DNA of 39,220 bases. It comes from Lingula anatina (taxonomy: Eukaryota; Animalia; Brachiopoda). The notes beneath the pieces are model-generated. The model saw only the letters and a list, made by a program, of their open reading frames with translations. It searched no databases and was not told where the DNA came from. Shown here piece by piece: positions 20,792-35,237 of this stretch. Made by a program: the position numbers and the translations under genes. Every line of letters begins with the position of its first letter. Within the stretch, counting starts at the first letter, position 1. The stretch lies in assembly GCA_051362555.1 (NCBI GenBank), contig CM120648.1:1-39220 (forward strand), written 5' to 3'.

Positions 20792-20862
20792 GGTGCCATC
20801 CTCGACTGGCGGGGCCCCGCTTTGATGCAGTGGGTGAGGTGGTTCGACTCCATCTGGCGCCT
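20792..20862 (+). tRNA. trnI: tRNA-Ile(GAU); spans the unit junction, with its 3' part also at 1-31
   Basis: Acceptor GGTGCCA/TGGCGCC; CCGCT-TTGATGC-AGTGG; T-loop TTCGACT. Confidence 0.82.
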
Positions 20863-21133
20863 GAAATGACATATTCTATCCTAGGTAATTTATTATTCAC
20901 GCCGGACATGGCGATGCATTGGTTTGATTTTATTTTTACAAAGGTTACAATGGTAACCACTAGGCCAATAATAGTGCTTCTGTTATGGGACCTCAGATTA
21001 GTGGGAATACAATTAACATTAATGTTAATTGTATAGATTGTTTTAATTGCTGTGTTCAAAGGAGTGGGAGAGAGATAGAGATGCATTCACTCACTGGGAG
21101 CTAGTATATATATATATTTTTTTTTTTTTTTTT

Positions 21134-22645
21134 ACTTCTAATTGGTCTGGAATTATTGAAGGTTAGGTCTTTGAAGTGTGGGATGTCACCTAGGCTGTGA
21201 TTCACCTAGCTTATTATTTTGGAATTGTATTTCGTAGATATTTGCCGAACGCAATCTTGGTTTCTTTTACTACTCTCAAATAAGAGATTAAGCTATAGTT
21301 CAAAAATATCGTGAGAGTTTGGGCTTTATTTTTTCGCAAAACATAGTTTAAGCTTAGTACCTTGTGCATAATGGCTACCCAAGACAACACATCTATTTAT
21401 TTTCCCGAAGTGGAGCGAGCTATCACGCACCTGCGGGGAGCGCATGACCTCTATGTTGCAAGATGGTGTCTAGAGTGTGCGATAGTTGTTACATGCTAGC
21501 CGCGCTTCAAGATAGCTGGTTTTAAAAGAAACCCACCGAAGTGGGGCAAGCATCCTAGAGATAGACTTGTATAGTTCATCTTTATGTGTATTGTTAGCCC
21601 TAAGGGTAAGGCTTTTATGGCAATTATGGGGGTAGAGTACCTCACGGTAGATTAAGGAGTGTGGGTTTTTAGGAATCTGCAAGTAGAAGTGGAGTTCTGA
21701 CAAGATTAACTCAAGCATCCAGGAATCTGTCTGGTACGTCTAATCTTAATATATTTTTAAACCATAAGTGACTTGTAGGTATTTGAATTACACTGGATAG
21801 ATGAGTATTATTACGAATTAAACAACAGGAAATAATAAGAAACGGTATTTTATACCCTATGTTGTATCTTTTAAATTTAAGTAAATACTAACTTTATTCT
21901 AAGGAACTCGGCAAATCTGCCTCCCACCTGTTTATCAAAGACACCGCCGGTTGCATTATATAATTGGTTCTGTCTGCCCGGTGCCCATGTGGTAAACGGC
22001 GGCTTTAATCGTCCTAAGGTATCGCAACCAAGCCTCTTAATTGGAGGCCAGAGAATGGCCAGATGAGGGGGCTACTGTCTCGGAATTAAACATAAAATTT
22101 GAATTGTAGGTGAACATGCCTTTATTGTTGCGCGGGACAAAAAGACCCTATGAAGTCTTTACTCTTGGTTAATTACTCCTATAGCTATGGTCGTAGGCGC
22201 TATTAGTAAATCTCATAAGAGTTCTGCTTGGGGAATGCAGTGATATATAAGAATCTCTTCTTGTCGGGGGAACCATGTCCTATGACGTTTTAGTACATGA
22301 AACTTGTATAATCTTCAGAATTACTAGTCATGTCAACGAGCCATAATCTTCTGGATTACTTGACTAAAGGAGCAGGGTTACTCTAGGGATAACAGAGATC
22401 GTCGCATGAATAGGACACATTGAAGTGCGGGTAGATTACCTCGATGTTGGCTCCGGGTAACTGAACGGTAGCAGGAGCTGTTCGAGTGGGACTGTTCGTC
22501 CTTTAATCCCCAACGTGAGCTGAGTTCAGACCGTTGTAAGGCAGGTTGGCTTCTATCTGCGAGGAAGTCCCACATTGTACGCAAGGACTCGTGGGGCGGA
22601 GCTGATGCTCTTTCGCTAATTTTGAGAAAATTCTAAGGTTGAGTG
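21134..22645 (+). rRNA. rrnL: 16S mt rRNA (copy 2)
   Basis: Duplicate of 303-1814. Confidence 0.93.
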
Positions 22646-22713
22646 GCCAGGGTGGCAGATTTAATGCAGTGGATTTAAGACCCGCCTATGGGCTAAAATT
22701 AGCCCTCCTGGTT
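22646..22713 (+). tRNA. trnL2: tRNA-Leu(UAA) (copy 2)
   Basis: Duplicate at +20831. Confidence 0.86.
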
Positions 22714-22717
22714 TAGT

Positions 22718-24436
<1,719 letters not shown>

Positions 24437-24442
24437 TACGTA

Positions 24443-24509
24443 CGGAGTTTAGTGTAATAAAGCACGCAGGTTTTGGGAACTTGAAGTCAGAATAGGTTCT
24501 GAACTCTGA
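24443..24509 (+). tRNA. trnP: tRNA-Pro (copy 2)
   Basis: Duplicate at +20831. Confidence 0.86.
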
Positions 24510-24512
24510 TGG

Positions 24513-24581
24513 TGGGGGGGAAGCCAATGAATGGCATCCGGCTGTTAACCGGAAGTAAGTGGCTAATTACCACCCCCCCTA
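24513..24581 (+). tRNA. trnN: tRNA-Asn (copy 2)
   Basis: Duplicate at +20831. Confidence 0.88.
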
Positions 24582-24884
24582 ATGATTGAACTTAGGAGTT
24601 TAGTTCTTACAATGTGTGTTTGGATTATAATTTTTTTGTCTAATATCTTTTTATTAGTTTCTCGGAAAGGCCATCTTTTGTCAATTTTATTAGGCCTAGA
24701 GGCCATAGGCTATGTAAGAGCTTCACTCTATTGTGTGGTTTTTAAGCAGGGTGCTCTTTGGTTTTTGGGTATTATAGCCGCTTTTGGGGCCATAGAGGCT
24801 GCAACAGGTTTGGTCCTCTTGGTTTTGCTTATTCGCTGGTCAGGAAGTGATCGCCCAATGTGGCTCCACATTAGGGGGTTTTAA
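24582..24884 (+). CDS. nad4L: NADH dehydrogenase subunit 4L (copy 2)
   Basis: Duplicate at +20831. Confidence 0.92.
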   Translation: MIELRSLVLTMCVWIIIFLSNIFLLVSRKGHLLSILLGLEAIGYVRASLYCVVFKQGALWFLGIIAAFGAIEAATGLVLLVLLIRWSGSDRPMWLHIRGF

Positions 24885-24893
24885 TTATTATCT

Positions 24894-24962
24894 CCCTACC
24901 TAGACTATATAGGTCGTCGGGCTCATCCCCCGAAAGATTGGGTTCAAGTCCCAAGGTAGGGT
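24894..24962 (+). tRNA. trnM: tRNA-Met (copy 2)
   Basis: Duplicate at +20831. Confidence 0.86.
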
Positions 24963-24967
24963 CATCG

Positions 24968-25891
24968 ATTAAAAAAGTTAATATCAAAAATAGAAAAGTT
25001 CTTCCTCATCGATACCCTTGAGCTGAGTGTGGTCCATCACCTTGGCCGGCGTGCGTGTCAATTATACTGGTTAGGTTATTTATTCACATGGCTTTTGGTT
25101 TTAATTGTATGGTTAGAAAGGCTGAATTGTGGGGTGGGACTCTCCTCATACTCATTAGGTTAGTTATGATCTTATGGGCATGGTGGGAGAGCCTTAGCTT
25201 AGAGTGCTTAGTTGGAATAATAACTGGTCCAGAGCTTAAAAATTTGAAGACTGCGTTCTTCCTGTTTTTATGGACAGAGATTTTTTTCTTTGTTGGTTTG
25301 TTTTGAGCCTTTTTCCATAGGGCACTCGTACCCTCAGATGAGCTTGGCTGCATATGGCCACCGATTGTTGGTATTATACCCCTAGATCCATTTGCGTTAC
25401 CCCTTGTTGGTGTAATTATTTTGATTAGGTCGGGGTATAGTGCTAACCGTGCTGTAAAACATGTTAAAGGGCGTTACCCAGAATGACGTGCCATAGGAAC
25501 TACAGTCTTTTTAGGTGTTTTATTTACTTGCCTCCAACTCTATGAGTATAAGAGGGCGGGTTTTACCATGCAAGATGGTATTTATGGGTCTTGTTTTTTC
25601 GTAATTACAGGGTTTCATGGTCTACACGTGATTGGTGGAACTATATTTAATACTTATTGTCTAGCTCTAATGCTTAAGGGAGATTATACCCCATCTCAGA
25701 TACTATCTCTCCGATGTGCTGTATGATATTGGCATTTCGTAGATATCGTTTGGATTGTAGCTTATCTTACAGTATATGTGTGAGGTAATTGGGGTATGTA
25801 CATTACCCCAAAACAAGTATGAGATAAAAAAATGTCAATTTATGAGGGGTGGCCTAGCAAAGAAGATATTTTCCACTTTATTTTTATTTAA
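24968..25891 (+). CDS. cox3: Cytochrome c oxidase subunit 3 (copy 2)
   Basis: Duplicate at +20831. Confidence 0.95.
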
Positions 25892-25900
25892 TTTTTTTGA

Positions 25901-25968
25901 GCGGGGGTAGTTTAAAAAGAATGGGGTGTTGAAGCCACCCAGGTGGTTTTTATAAAAACCTCCCTGCA
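25901..25968 (+). tRNA. trnF: tRNA-Phe (copy 2)
   Basis: Duplicate at +20831. Confidence 0.88.
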
Positions 25969-25972
25969 CAAG

Positions 25973-26143
25973 ATTTCAAAACTTGTTCACTTTATTCTAA
26001 TCACAATATTGTTTATCCAACTTGACATTGAGGTATATTTAGTAGCTATGGAACCCACCCCACATGTGATTGATGTTTGAAGGGGGCTAACACTGTCTAC
26101 TTTATTCTGTTTTTTTTTCTTTCCAATTTTTTATAAAGAATAA
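25973..26143 (+). pseudogene. Truncated nad3 paralog ORF (copy 2)
   Basis: Duplicate at +20831. Confidence 0.72.
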
Positions 26144-26150
26144 TTTTTTG

Positions 26151-26218
26151 AGCGGGGTAGTTTAAAAAGAATGGGGTGTTGAAGCCACCCAGGTGGTTTT
26201 TATTAAAACCTCCCCACA
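26151..26218 (+). tRNA. trnF: Second tRNA-Phe gene (copy 2)
   Basis: Duplicate at +20831. Confidence 0.72.
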
Positions 26219-26219
26219 T

Positions 26220-26741
26220 ATGATTCCTTTTGTTTATGCACCATACTTATTTATTCCCGGAATTTTAGTATACCTGGCTTTTATACCATTTTGGCCAGTG
26301 GCAGGGATATGATTCTCTGGCTTTTACATCTCTGTTTCATTTTATCATTTGGTGGCATTCCTTTTAAAATCTGAGGGAGGGTTTACAGGAAATATTAAAA
26401 ATGAAAACCAGTCAACTCCCTATGAGTGTGGTTTTCGTCCACTCACCCCTCAACGAACACCATTCTCTCTTCGTTTTTTTCTGATTAGAGTTTTATTTGT
26501 TATCTTTGATGTTGAGGTGGTATTAGTGACTAGACTACCCATTATAAGAGCGGCTGGTGTTTGAAGGGGGGTAAGATTATCTGTTTTTTTGTTTTTTTTC
26601 TTTTTGTTTTTTTCTCTTCTTTTTGAAGCCCTCAAGGGTGCCCTCGATTGACCAGATGTAATGAAGAGGGTTGATGAGTGGTGAGATGGGTATTTCCATT
26701 TTTTTAAAAAGATTAAGAGTGAGATAGAAAAAAAATCTTAG
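26220..26741 (+). CDS. nad3: NADH dehydrogenase subunit 3 (copy 2)
   Basis: Duplicate at +20831. Confidence 0.94.
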
Positions 26742-27539
26742 ATAGTTGGAAATAATCTCTGTACCAGAAATAATGATCTGGTTTGCGGCAACAGTCCGCC
26801 AATTGTGTGGGTTAATAAGTTAGAGTGATCTAATCTGGTTTTAAGGCAAAAATCTCATTCTTTATTTAGCGGTTTTTTTTTTGATGGGTGATCTGGTTTT
26901 ATTTTAGCTATGGTAATGATTTTTGTTTGTTTACCTCTCCTAAAGCCTATGGGTTTTTGGTCTTCTAGACTTCAGTCGGCTTTCAAGTCACTTCATCAGT
27001 TTAGTATAGATCAAACTCTTTTATATGTTCCTAAAGGTAGAAAAAGATTGGCTCCTTTTATGTCTGCTATTTTTCTCTGCATGCTATTTATTAACTTGTT
27101 AAGGTTAACTCCACTGGGAGTAGTTTACAGGGCTCATATCGTTATTACACTCCCCCTTGCAGTAGTTCTTTGGGCTAGGCTGATTACTATGGGTTTTTGA
27201 AATCGGCGGATTTTTTCTTCTAGTGAGTTCTTATCTTCTTCGATTCCACGATTCTTAGCCCTTCCGTTCGCCTGCTTAGAAATCTTGGGACATATTATCC
27301 GCCCTCTTACCCTATCAGCCCGGTTTAGGGTTAATGCTATAGCAGGACACATTATGTATAAAAGAGTTTTAGCATATTCTGCTAAGTTAGCAAAAGTTAG
27401 CCTATTGAAAGGTGGTTTGGTGTTTATCCTATCTATACTTTGCTTTGCGGCTGAAATTTGCATTTGCTTTATTCAAGCTTATGTATTTTTTATTCTCTTA
27501 AATGTATATTATAATCAGTATTCAGCACCAAAGAAATAG
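26742..27539 (+). CDS. atp6: ATP synthase subunit 6 (copy 2)
   Basis: Duplicate at +20831. Confidence 0.92.
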
Positions 27540-27541
27540 GT

Positions 27542-27608
27542 GGTCTGGTGGCAGAAAATGCGGAGGATTGTAAACCCTTTCATGTGAGTAATAGTCTCAC
27601 CCAGACCT
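27542..27608 (+). tRNA. trnY: tRNA-Tyr (copy 2)
   Basis: Duplicate at +20831. Confidence 0.88.
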
Positions 27609-27610
27609 AG

Positions 27611-29398
27611 TTGAATCTATTATTTAGCCTTTTAATTCTTTTTTTTATTTTCTTAGCCATATCTTTTCACTACTTATCTACGGATAGGAAGGATGTGGCA
27701 TCATTTCAAGTCAGTGATTTAGGGCCAATAGGTTTGGATCTTGATTTAGTGTTTGACAAAATAAGAAGCCTTTTTGCTTGCTTAGTGTGTTTTATTAGCT
27801 TTAGGGTTGTAATATTTTCCTTTGACTATATAAAAAGTGAGAAAAATAGATCCCGATTCTATGGCCTCTTAGGGTTTTTTATTTTAAGGATGCTAATTCT
27901 TATTTTTGTACCCCACCTTCCTGGTCTTTTCTTAGGTTGGGATATGCTAGGCATATCCTCATTTCTCCTAGTGAGGTATTATAAATCTGGAGCGGCATCC
28001 AAAGGGGCCATGCTTACGGCTTTAACTAGTCGTGTGGGTGATGTGTTTCTCCTAGTATTTTGCTCTTTTTGTCTCCTGACCTATGGAACAGTGGAGCCTA
28101 GGTTGGTGAGATCTATAGGGGTACCACTAATCGGAGCTGTGTTATTAGCTTTAGGGGCTATAACAAAAAGAGCCCAAATTCCGTTTAGGAGATGATTACC
28201 GGCTGCTATAGCAGCCCCCACACCGGTTTCTGCCTTAGTCCACTCCTCAACTTTGGTTACTGCTGGTGTGTATATTTTAATCCGAAATTACAGGATTTTA
28301 GGGAGTTGGTCTTGGTTGCTTATTGGAGTGGGGGGGGCTACCATGTTTTTACCTGGGTTGATAGCTCTCTGGGAGGTTGACCTTAAGCGGATTGTAGCTT
28401 TGTCGACCTTAAGTCAATTGGGACTACTATTCTTTTACCTGGGAGTTGGGCTAAAAGATTTGGCTTTTGTTCATATAATATCACATGCTATCGTTAAAGC
28501 TATGTTGTTTGTGTGTGTTGGAACTGTTATTGATTCTTCATCCCACTGTCAAGATATTAGTTTTTTAGGCGGTCGTCTCCAAAGACTGCCCCTTGTCCAG
28601 TTGGCCTTTTACTTCAGGTTGGCTGGGTTAATGGGGTTGCCCTATATGGGTTGCTACTTTAGGAAGCACATGCTCTTGTCTCAGTTGGCTAGTGGGAGCC
28701 ACTTCGGGGGCGGGGTTCTTCTTGTACTTTATCTAGGTTTAGCCGTAACAGTGGCTTATAGGGTTCGCCTAGTTAAGGTTTTAGTAGTAGGAAATCCTGC
28801 TTATAGGACACACCAAACAGTTCATATTAAATCAACTAAATGGTGAAGATCTTTCTCAATCTTGCTATTGCTAAGTGGTATACTGGCCATTCCGTATATT
28901 ACATATCCACTAATCGATATGCCAGCACTACCCGAGGCTGATAGATCTTATAACCTACTACCGGCTTGAATACTACTTGGGGTTGTTTTAGGATTAGTAG
29001 TGCCTCGATTTACTACTAAGGGTCCTGACCTATTCATGGACTGCTTCTTAGATCAAGCTAAGGAGAGGGTCGGTGAACAGAGTAAAAATGTTCTTGAGCG
29101 GTGTGACTCTGGTTGGTGGGAGATGTATGGTATTATGGGAGCTCATAAGGTGGTATTAGACGAGCTTTGAAAACTAGAGATTTTAACCTATGAGAAATTT
29201 AAGGCCAAGTTCTTAAAGAAAGATCCTGAGTTTTATGAGATGTTGGTAGGTTGAATTGATTATTTTATTTCTGAGATCCTACCATTAGTTAAGCTTTTTT
29301 TCTTGTGGGTGATTATTTGTATCGTTATTTGTGGGATTTTGTATTGTTGCTTGTGATATCTTGTAGTCCCATCATTTAGCTTTATACCTCGTCGCTAG
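27611..29398 (+). CDS. nad5: NADH dehydrogenase subunit 5 (copy 2)
   Basis: Duplicate at +20831. Confidence 0.96.
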
Positions 29399-29467
29399 TG
29401 CGGTTTAGTGTAATTAGCACACAAAGTTTTGGTCTTTGGAGTTGAGGTCTTATCCCTTGAATCGCAA
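29399..29467 (+). tRNA. trnQ: tRNA-Gln (copy 2)
   Basis: Duplicate at +20831. Confidence 0.86.
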
Positions 29468-29469
29468 GG

Positions 29470-30741
29470 ATAAATTCTCTAGGATTAGCACATCTAAGGT
29501 TTCTTTCTTTCTTTCTTTTTCTTTTTTTAATCTACCCATCGTCACTTAGGTGGAATCTTTTATGGTTGGATTGGGGGTTTGATTACCTATCTCTGTGTTT
29601 AATTTGTCTTAGGTGCCTAGTTATTGGTCTTTCTATCCTTATAAGGCTGGAGAGATCTTGTAGTGAAATAACTAAGAGGTGTGGGTTATTATTAGTAACA
29701 CTAATCCTTACATTTTCAACCTCAAGGCTTTTGTATTTTTATTGTGGCTTTGAATTTAGAGTAGTACCCATAGTGTATATTATCTTACGTTGGGGGAGGG
29801 AGGCAGTTCGTCTTGTGGCAGCAGGCTACATAGTAGTCTACACCCTATTTTCCTCAATACCCCTATTGTGGGGTCTTGCGTGCCTTGCAGATAAAACATG
29901 TGAGACATCTATACTAATTCTAACGAAAACCCCATTCAGCGGCTATATGGATAGTTTATGGTGGGTGGCCATAATTTTAGCTTTTTTGGTAAAATCACCA
30001 CTCTACCCATTTCATTTGTGACTACCCAAGGCTCATGTAGAGGCCCCCACTTTTGGTTCTATAATTTTAGCTGGAGTTATATTAAAGCTTGGTACTTATG
30101 GGCTATTTCGGGTATGTCCCATCTATATAACTGGGCACCATATTATTAATTCAGTGGTTATTGCTATGGGTGTGTGAGGTAGGGCCTACTCAGGCCTTAT
30201 TGCCCTCCGGGTTTTAGATATAAAGGAGATAGTGGCCTATGCCTCTGTTGGACACATAAGATTGGTGGTTGCTGGTATTTTTAGAAATACTATTTGGGGG
30301 TGAGGGGGGGCTTTTATTATAATATTAAGTCATGGCTTAGTGTCATCACTATTATTTGGTCTAGTAGGTTATATATCAACCTATTCGGGGTCACGTGGTT
30401 TTATTTTTAATCGAGGGTGGATAAATATTCGTCCCTGATTATCTGTCTTTATGTTTATCGGTTGTTCGGCTAATATGGGTGTGCCCCCATTTCCTAGATT
30501 TCTTGGGGAGTTGGGTTTAATGACAGGCTTAGGCTTGTACAATTGGGTGAATTTTATTGTGGTTGGAATTTCTTGTGTTCTTACTGGTGCATATAGGCTC
30601 CGACTGTATTTATTAACCCAACATGGAAGCTCTCCTAGGCATTTACGACCTATTGAAAGGGCTAGGAATGGCCCTGCAGTGGTTAGGTTTATTGCCCACT
30701 CTATCTTCATCATCCTCCTGAACTTTATTTGAGTAATGTAA
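29470..30741 (+). CDS. nad4: NADH dehydrogenase subunit 4 (copy 2)
   Basis: Duplicate at +20831. Confidence 0.95.
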
Positions 30742-30751
30742 AAAATAATTA

Positions 30752-30818
30752 GGACCCGTAGTATAATAGTATAACTAGTTTCGGCCTAGTTGGTGGAGGT
30801 AGACTCCTCCCGGGTCTT
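30752..30818 (+). tRNA. trnR: tRNA-Arg (copy 2)
   Basis: Duplicate at +20831. Confidence 0.88.
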
Positions 30819-30820
30819 AG

Positions 30821-31561
30821 ATGTCACAATGGGGGGGTACGTATTATCAAATAACTTTTACTTCGGCTTCAAGGATGAGTAAACTTCTTTATGAGTCTAT
30901 TATAAACATTAACTGTTTTGTGATGACTATTGTAGTTTGTAGTATGACTATAGCGATTTGATCAGGCATGTTGGTTGGCCACTGTCGAAAATGACTAAAA
31001 TATGAACTGTTGGAAGCTATTTGAACAGCTGTTCCGGCGCTGCTCATTTGGTGAATTTCTTCAATAAGGTTTTTTGTGTTATACACGAATGCTGAGCATA
31101 AGGAGCCTACCTATTTTTATAGTGTTATTACTGGCCACCAATGATATTGAACATACCAATATGCTCTGGTTAATGAAAAAAAAGAGTTTTTCGGGTTTGA
31201 GCACGATTCATATGGTCTACTGCTAGATGAGCCATCGAGAAGAGATGACGAAACAGTGCTATCTAAGGGTGATATATATCTTATAGACGTAGATTTACCG
31301 TTTGTAATCCCTCAAGGGATACCAGGTGAGTTATTGGTGGCGTCCGACGATGTAATCCATTCATGGAGTGTTCCGGCCCTTGGGATTACAGTTGATGCGG
31401 TACCAGGGCGCCTCAATCGAAGCCCAATTTTGGCTAAAACAGTTGGAGTGGCCTATGGCCACTGTCGAGAGTTATGTGGAGTAAACCACCACGCTATGCC
31501 AATTGTGGTGGAGATCGTGACTCCAAAGACTTATATAAAGTTTATGGAGCAGGATAGCTAA
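30821..31561 (+). CDS. cox2: Cytochrome c oxidase subunit 2 (copy 2)
   Basis: Duplicate at +20831. Confidence 0.96.
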
Positions 31562-31569
31562 AACAGGGG

Positions 31570-31638
31570 GGGGGGTTGGTGAAATAAATCATTCCTGTCT
31601 GTCAAACGGGAGTTGCTGAATACGGTTGGCACCCCTCT
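31570..31638 (+). tRNA. trnD: tRNA-Asp (copy 2)
   Basis: Duplicate at +20831. Confidence 0.86.
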
Positions 31639-31640
31639 AT

Positions 31641-32597
31641 TTGCTAATTTGAATCATTCCTGTAATTTTAGGTCCAATTTATATTTATTTATTTAGCTTT
31701 CAGATCAATCTTTTAATTATTATCGGGTTCTATAGGCTTGCCGAGCGGGCTATCCTATCATTAGTAGCTGGTCGTCAGTCTCCAGGTGTGGTAGGGTTTC
31801 GCGGGGTTATACAACCCATAGCTGATGGTATAAAATTATATATAAAAGATATAATCCGGCTATCTAAGAGAAATCATTTTGCTTATGTTGTTTGTCCGAG
31901 TGTGAGAATAGGATTATCATTTGGGGCATGGAGGTGTTTCCCATTTTGGGGGACTTACACTATCGAAATTAGTGCTCTACTATTTTTATGTTTTGTTAGG
32001 CTAAGAGCAGTTCCTATTATGGTTGCTGGTTGAGCGTCAAACAGAAAATACTCACTATTAGCCAGTGTTCGTGCCCTAGCTCAAGCCATTTCTTACGAGG
32101 TTGTATTAGGGTTGTTGCTAGTTTTCCCACTCCTATTTTCGAAGAGTTTAGAATTTTCTTCAGTTACTGGGCCCAATCAAACAATTTGAATAGCCTTAGC
32201 ATACCCCCCACTCTTTGGAATATGGTTGGTTTGTATTTTGGCTGAAACTAATCGTAGACCATTTGATCTGGTTGAAGCTGAGTCTGAGTTGGTTTCAGGT
32301 TATAATGTTGAGTATAGAGGCCTCCACTTTGCTCTATTTTTCATATCTGAGTATTCTAACATGCTTCTATTTAGGGTTATTACTACAGCTCTTTATCTCA
32401 ATGATGGGTGATTCTTTTTTGATCCCCAAGTTGGAGAAGTGTATTTTATTACTAAGGCTTTCTTTGTTAGGCTATTTATCCTACTTTGTCGTGCAGTCTT
32501 CCCTCGAATTCGCTTTGATCAGTTGATAACCCTCATGTGGAAAGGGTTTCTCCCACTCACACTATCCTTCTACATTTGGTTTATTGTTTTCCAATAA
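31641..32597 (+). CDS. nad1: NADH dehydrogenase subunit 1 (copy 2)
   Basis: Duplicate at +20831. Confidence 0.96.
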
Positions 32598-32673
32598 GAG
32601 GCATCTTACGTGGAGTTTAGTGAAGATCACACCCTTCTACATTGGGCCACCAGAATTCTGGCACTCTACATAG

Positions 32674-33678
32674 ATTTTTAGATTAAACACTGTTCATACA
32701 TATTTTTTTTTTTTTTTAATGAGGGTTGGAAGCCTTATGTCTGCATCTTGTGGGGATTTAATCGTAGGGTGGGTGGGTATGGAGGTTATATTATTGTGTT
32801 TTTTTCCTATTGTGATTAAACACAATAAGCCATGGCTATCGGTCCTAGGCTGTATTAATTACTTTATTATCCAAGTAGTGAGATCTAATGTCTATTTTTC
32901 AGGTTGTTGTTTTATAATGGCTTTTGATTCTCATTATTGGGCGATTATAATTCTATTGGGTTTATTTTTAAAACTAGGGCTATTTCCATTCTTTTCCTGG
33001 GTTCCCAAAGTGTATCAATTTTTAGAGTGGGGTGGGTGTTTAATGGTATCTGTTTGACAAAAGTTTGCTCCTTTATTTATTATAGTTAATAATCCCCTAT
33101 TCTTAAAATACTGATGGCTGGTTTGCCTCTCTGGTGCCCTCAGGGCTTGAATTGGTGGTTTAATAGGAGTAACGACTAATCTGGTTCGAGTGTTGATGGG
33201 ATGGTCATCTGTGAGTCATGCTGGCTGAATAGTAATATTAACCCTAACTGATGAGACAACCCTATTAATCTATTTTGGTATTTATGCAGCAATCTGTACT
33301 GCCTGCTATTCAATATTTGAGTTAAACGGTTTAATAAAATTCAGAAGGTTTGGTTATTATAGACAAGGTGTGCGGGTGTGTTTAAGTCTTGCTCTCCTAT
33401 CTATGGCTGGCATTCCTCCTCTATCCGGCTTCACCTTAAAATGGGTTGCTCTCCTATCTATTATTGATTCAGGGTATTACTTAGTTAGATTGTTATTGAT
33501 CCTAGGAAGGGCGATAAGAGCCCTCCTATATGTTAATTTAGTTTTTACATTAACTGTTCACAGGTGGGCTGTAAGCCTATCTTTTCCTATTGAAACCCAA
33601 GTTTGGGAGTTAGGTGATTACATCCGAATAATTGCAGTAGTTAGACTTTTCCCTATCTATATCCTATTTAGGGCCTAA
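32674..33678 (+). CDS. nad2: NADH dehydrogenase subunit 2 (copy 2)
   Basis: Duplicate at +20831. Confidence 0.94.
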
Positions 33679-33747
33679 GCTGCGGTAGTAGAGTTAATAT
33701 GCTCGTTTTAGGCGCGAGAGACGGGGGTTACACTCCCCCCCGCGGCT
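33679..33747 (+). tRNA. trnL1: tRNA-Leu(UAG) (copy 2)
   Basis: Duplicate at +20831. Confidence 0.86.
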
Positions 33748-33754
33748 TAAATCG

Positions 33755-34351
33755 ATGGTTAGAATTTCTATTGCATTATTAGGTTTATCTACAGTAATTA
33801 GTTCTTTTTTTATGCTCGTTTGTGGTTCTCCTATACAACTAGCCTGCTCTTTAGTTCTTTTTTTTGCTATTACCTCTTGTTTGGTTTCTACTATTGTCCA
33901 CCCATGGGTGGGGGCCATCTTATTTTTGATTTATGGGGGTGTGATTTTAGTGGCTTTTGTATATGTTCTCGCCATAGATCCGGCACCTCAAACTAAAGTT
34001 AGTGGGTGGGACTGACACCACCTCAAAGTTGTGCCTATTATTTTTTTTGTAGGTATAACACCCCTAATCTTTAATGGTTATTATAATTTTGAATCTTTTG
34101 AGGTTGTTATTTTAGCTAGGCCTGATGGTTATTTTTTACCACTATTTAGGCCAGTAAACCGTAAACTTCTCCTAATTACTTTGGCTTGTTTAGCGGGAAC
34201 CATGTCAGGAGCTCTTAAGTTAGTTCCCAGTCACCAGGGAGCCTTGCGTCCGCTAACTGGGGCAGACTTTAAGCGTGCTGGTTGGACAAAGGATCATTTT
34301 AAGGATCCCAAACTGCGAAAAGAGATGTCTAAAATCTTTTGGTCTTTATAG
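33755..34351 (+). CDS. nad6: NADH dehydrogenase subunit 6 (copy 2)
   Basis: Duplicate at +20831. Confidence 0.9.
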
Positions 34352-34356
34352 ATTGT

Positions 34357-34423
34357 GGTGCCATATTCTAAGTAAGGAAATCCGATTTGCACCCGGAAAG
34401 TGGTATTAATTTACCTGGCGCCT
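34357..34423 (+). tRNA. trnA: tRNA-Ala (copy 2)
   Basis: Duplicate at +20831. Confidence 0.86.
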
Positions 34424-34541
34424 AGAATGTTGTTAACCAAAGGTGGGGTGCTTGCACCAACCCTACCCACCTAACCACTATCTCTTGTGAAATTATAAAT
34501 TGTGTTTATTGAAGAGGTTTCGTAGGGTTCCTCTATAAAAA

Positions 34542-34609
34542 GGAGAGGAAGCCAATACCTGGCGTCTGGGTTTGCACCCAGAATAAGTGGCCTGTTGCCA
34601 CCCTTTCCC
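34542..34609 (+). tRNA. Extra tRNA-like gene (copy 2)
   Basis: Duplicate at +20831. Confidence 0.65.
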
Positions 34610-35237
34610 AGTAGTTGGATAACTGTCTCAGGGTTCTGAGTAAACTGCTATAGGATTCAAGTGGAGATTTAGTATTTAAATTGTCTCCAGAGGCCTAACT
34701 CTGGGCCTTGGATCTTGGAGTTTCCACCCAAACACAGAAAATAAATTAGGCTAGGCTGCCACCCTAACGCGGGGGGGGGGTGGCGTGACGGCCTCTTCTA
34801 ATTTACTTTCTGTGTTGGAAACTCCGGCAAAAAATAAAGTGGGGCCCCCCGCCCTCCCTATGGGGGGGAGGGGGGGGGGGGGGAGGAAGGATCCTGTCTA
34901 GGATTCTGAGTAATAATATGTTAACCTGCCTATCTCTACCACTGTCTAAGAGAAGAGGGGAGGAAAGTAGGGAGAGGAGTAGGTGGGAGCACTCACCAAC
35001 TCCAAACCTGCTCAAACTATCTGTTCCCAACTCTTGAATCTCTTAGACTTAAGTATATAGAGATGGATTGAGGTTAAGACAAGGGAGGGGGAGAAAGGGG
35101 TGTTTGGGGAAAGGGGGGAGGGAATGGCCCCCCTTTCCCCTGTAAAAGGGGTGCTTTATTTTAGGGTTTTTTTTGTGAAGTTATTGGCCCAAAATGGGCA
35201 GTTGGGGGGTGTTTTGGGGGGGTTTGACCCCCCAAAA
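34610..35237. promoter_or_regulatory. Putative control region, unique part (copy 2)
   Basis: Duplicate at +20831. Confidence 0.65.

Noticed and set aside
20792-20862. Reading this tRNA as Ser(UGA)
   Set aside because: The 7-nt loop TTGATGC centres GAT; a better trnS2 is at 18031 and no other trnI was found
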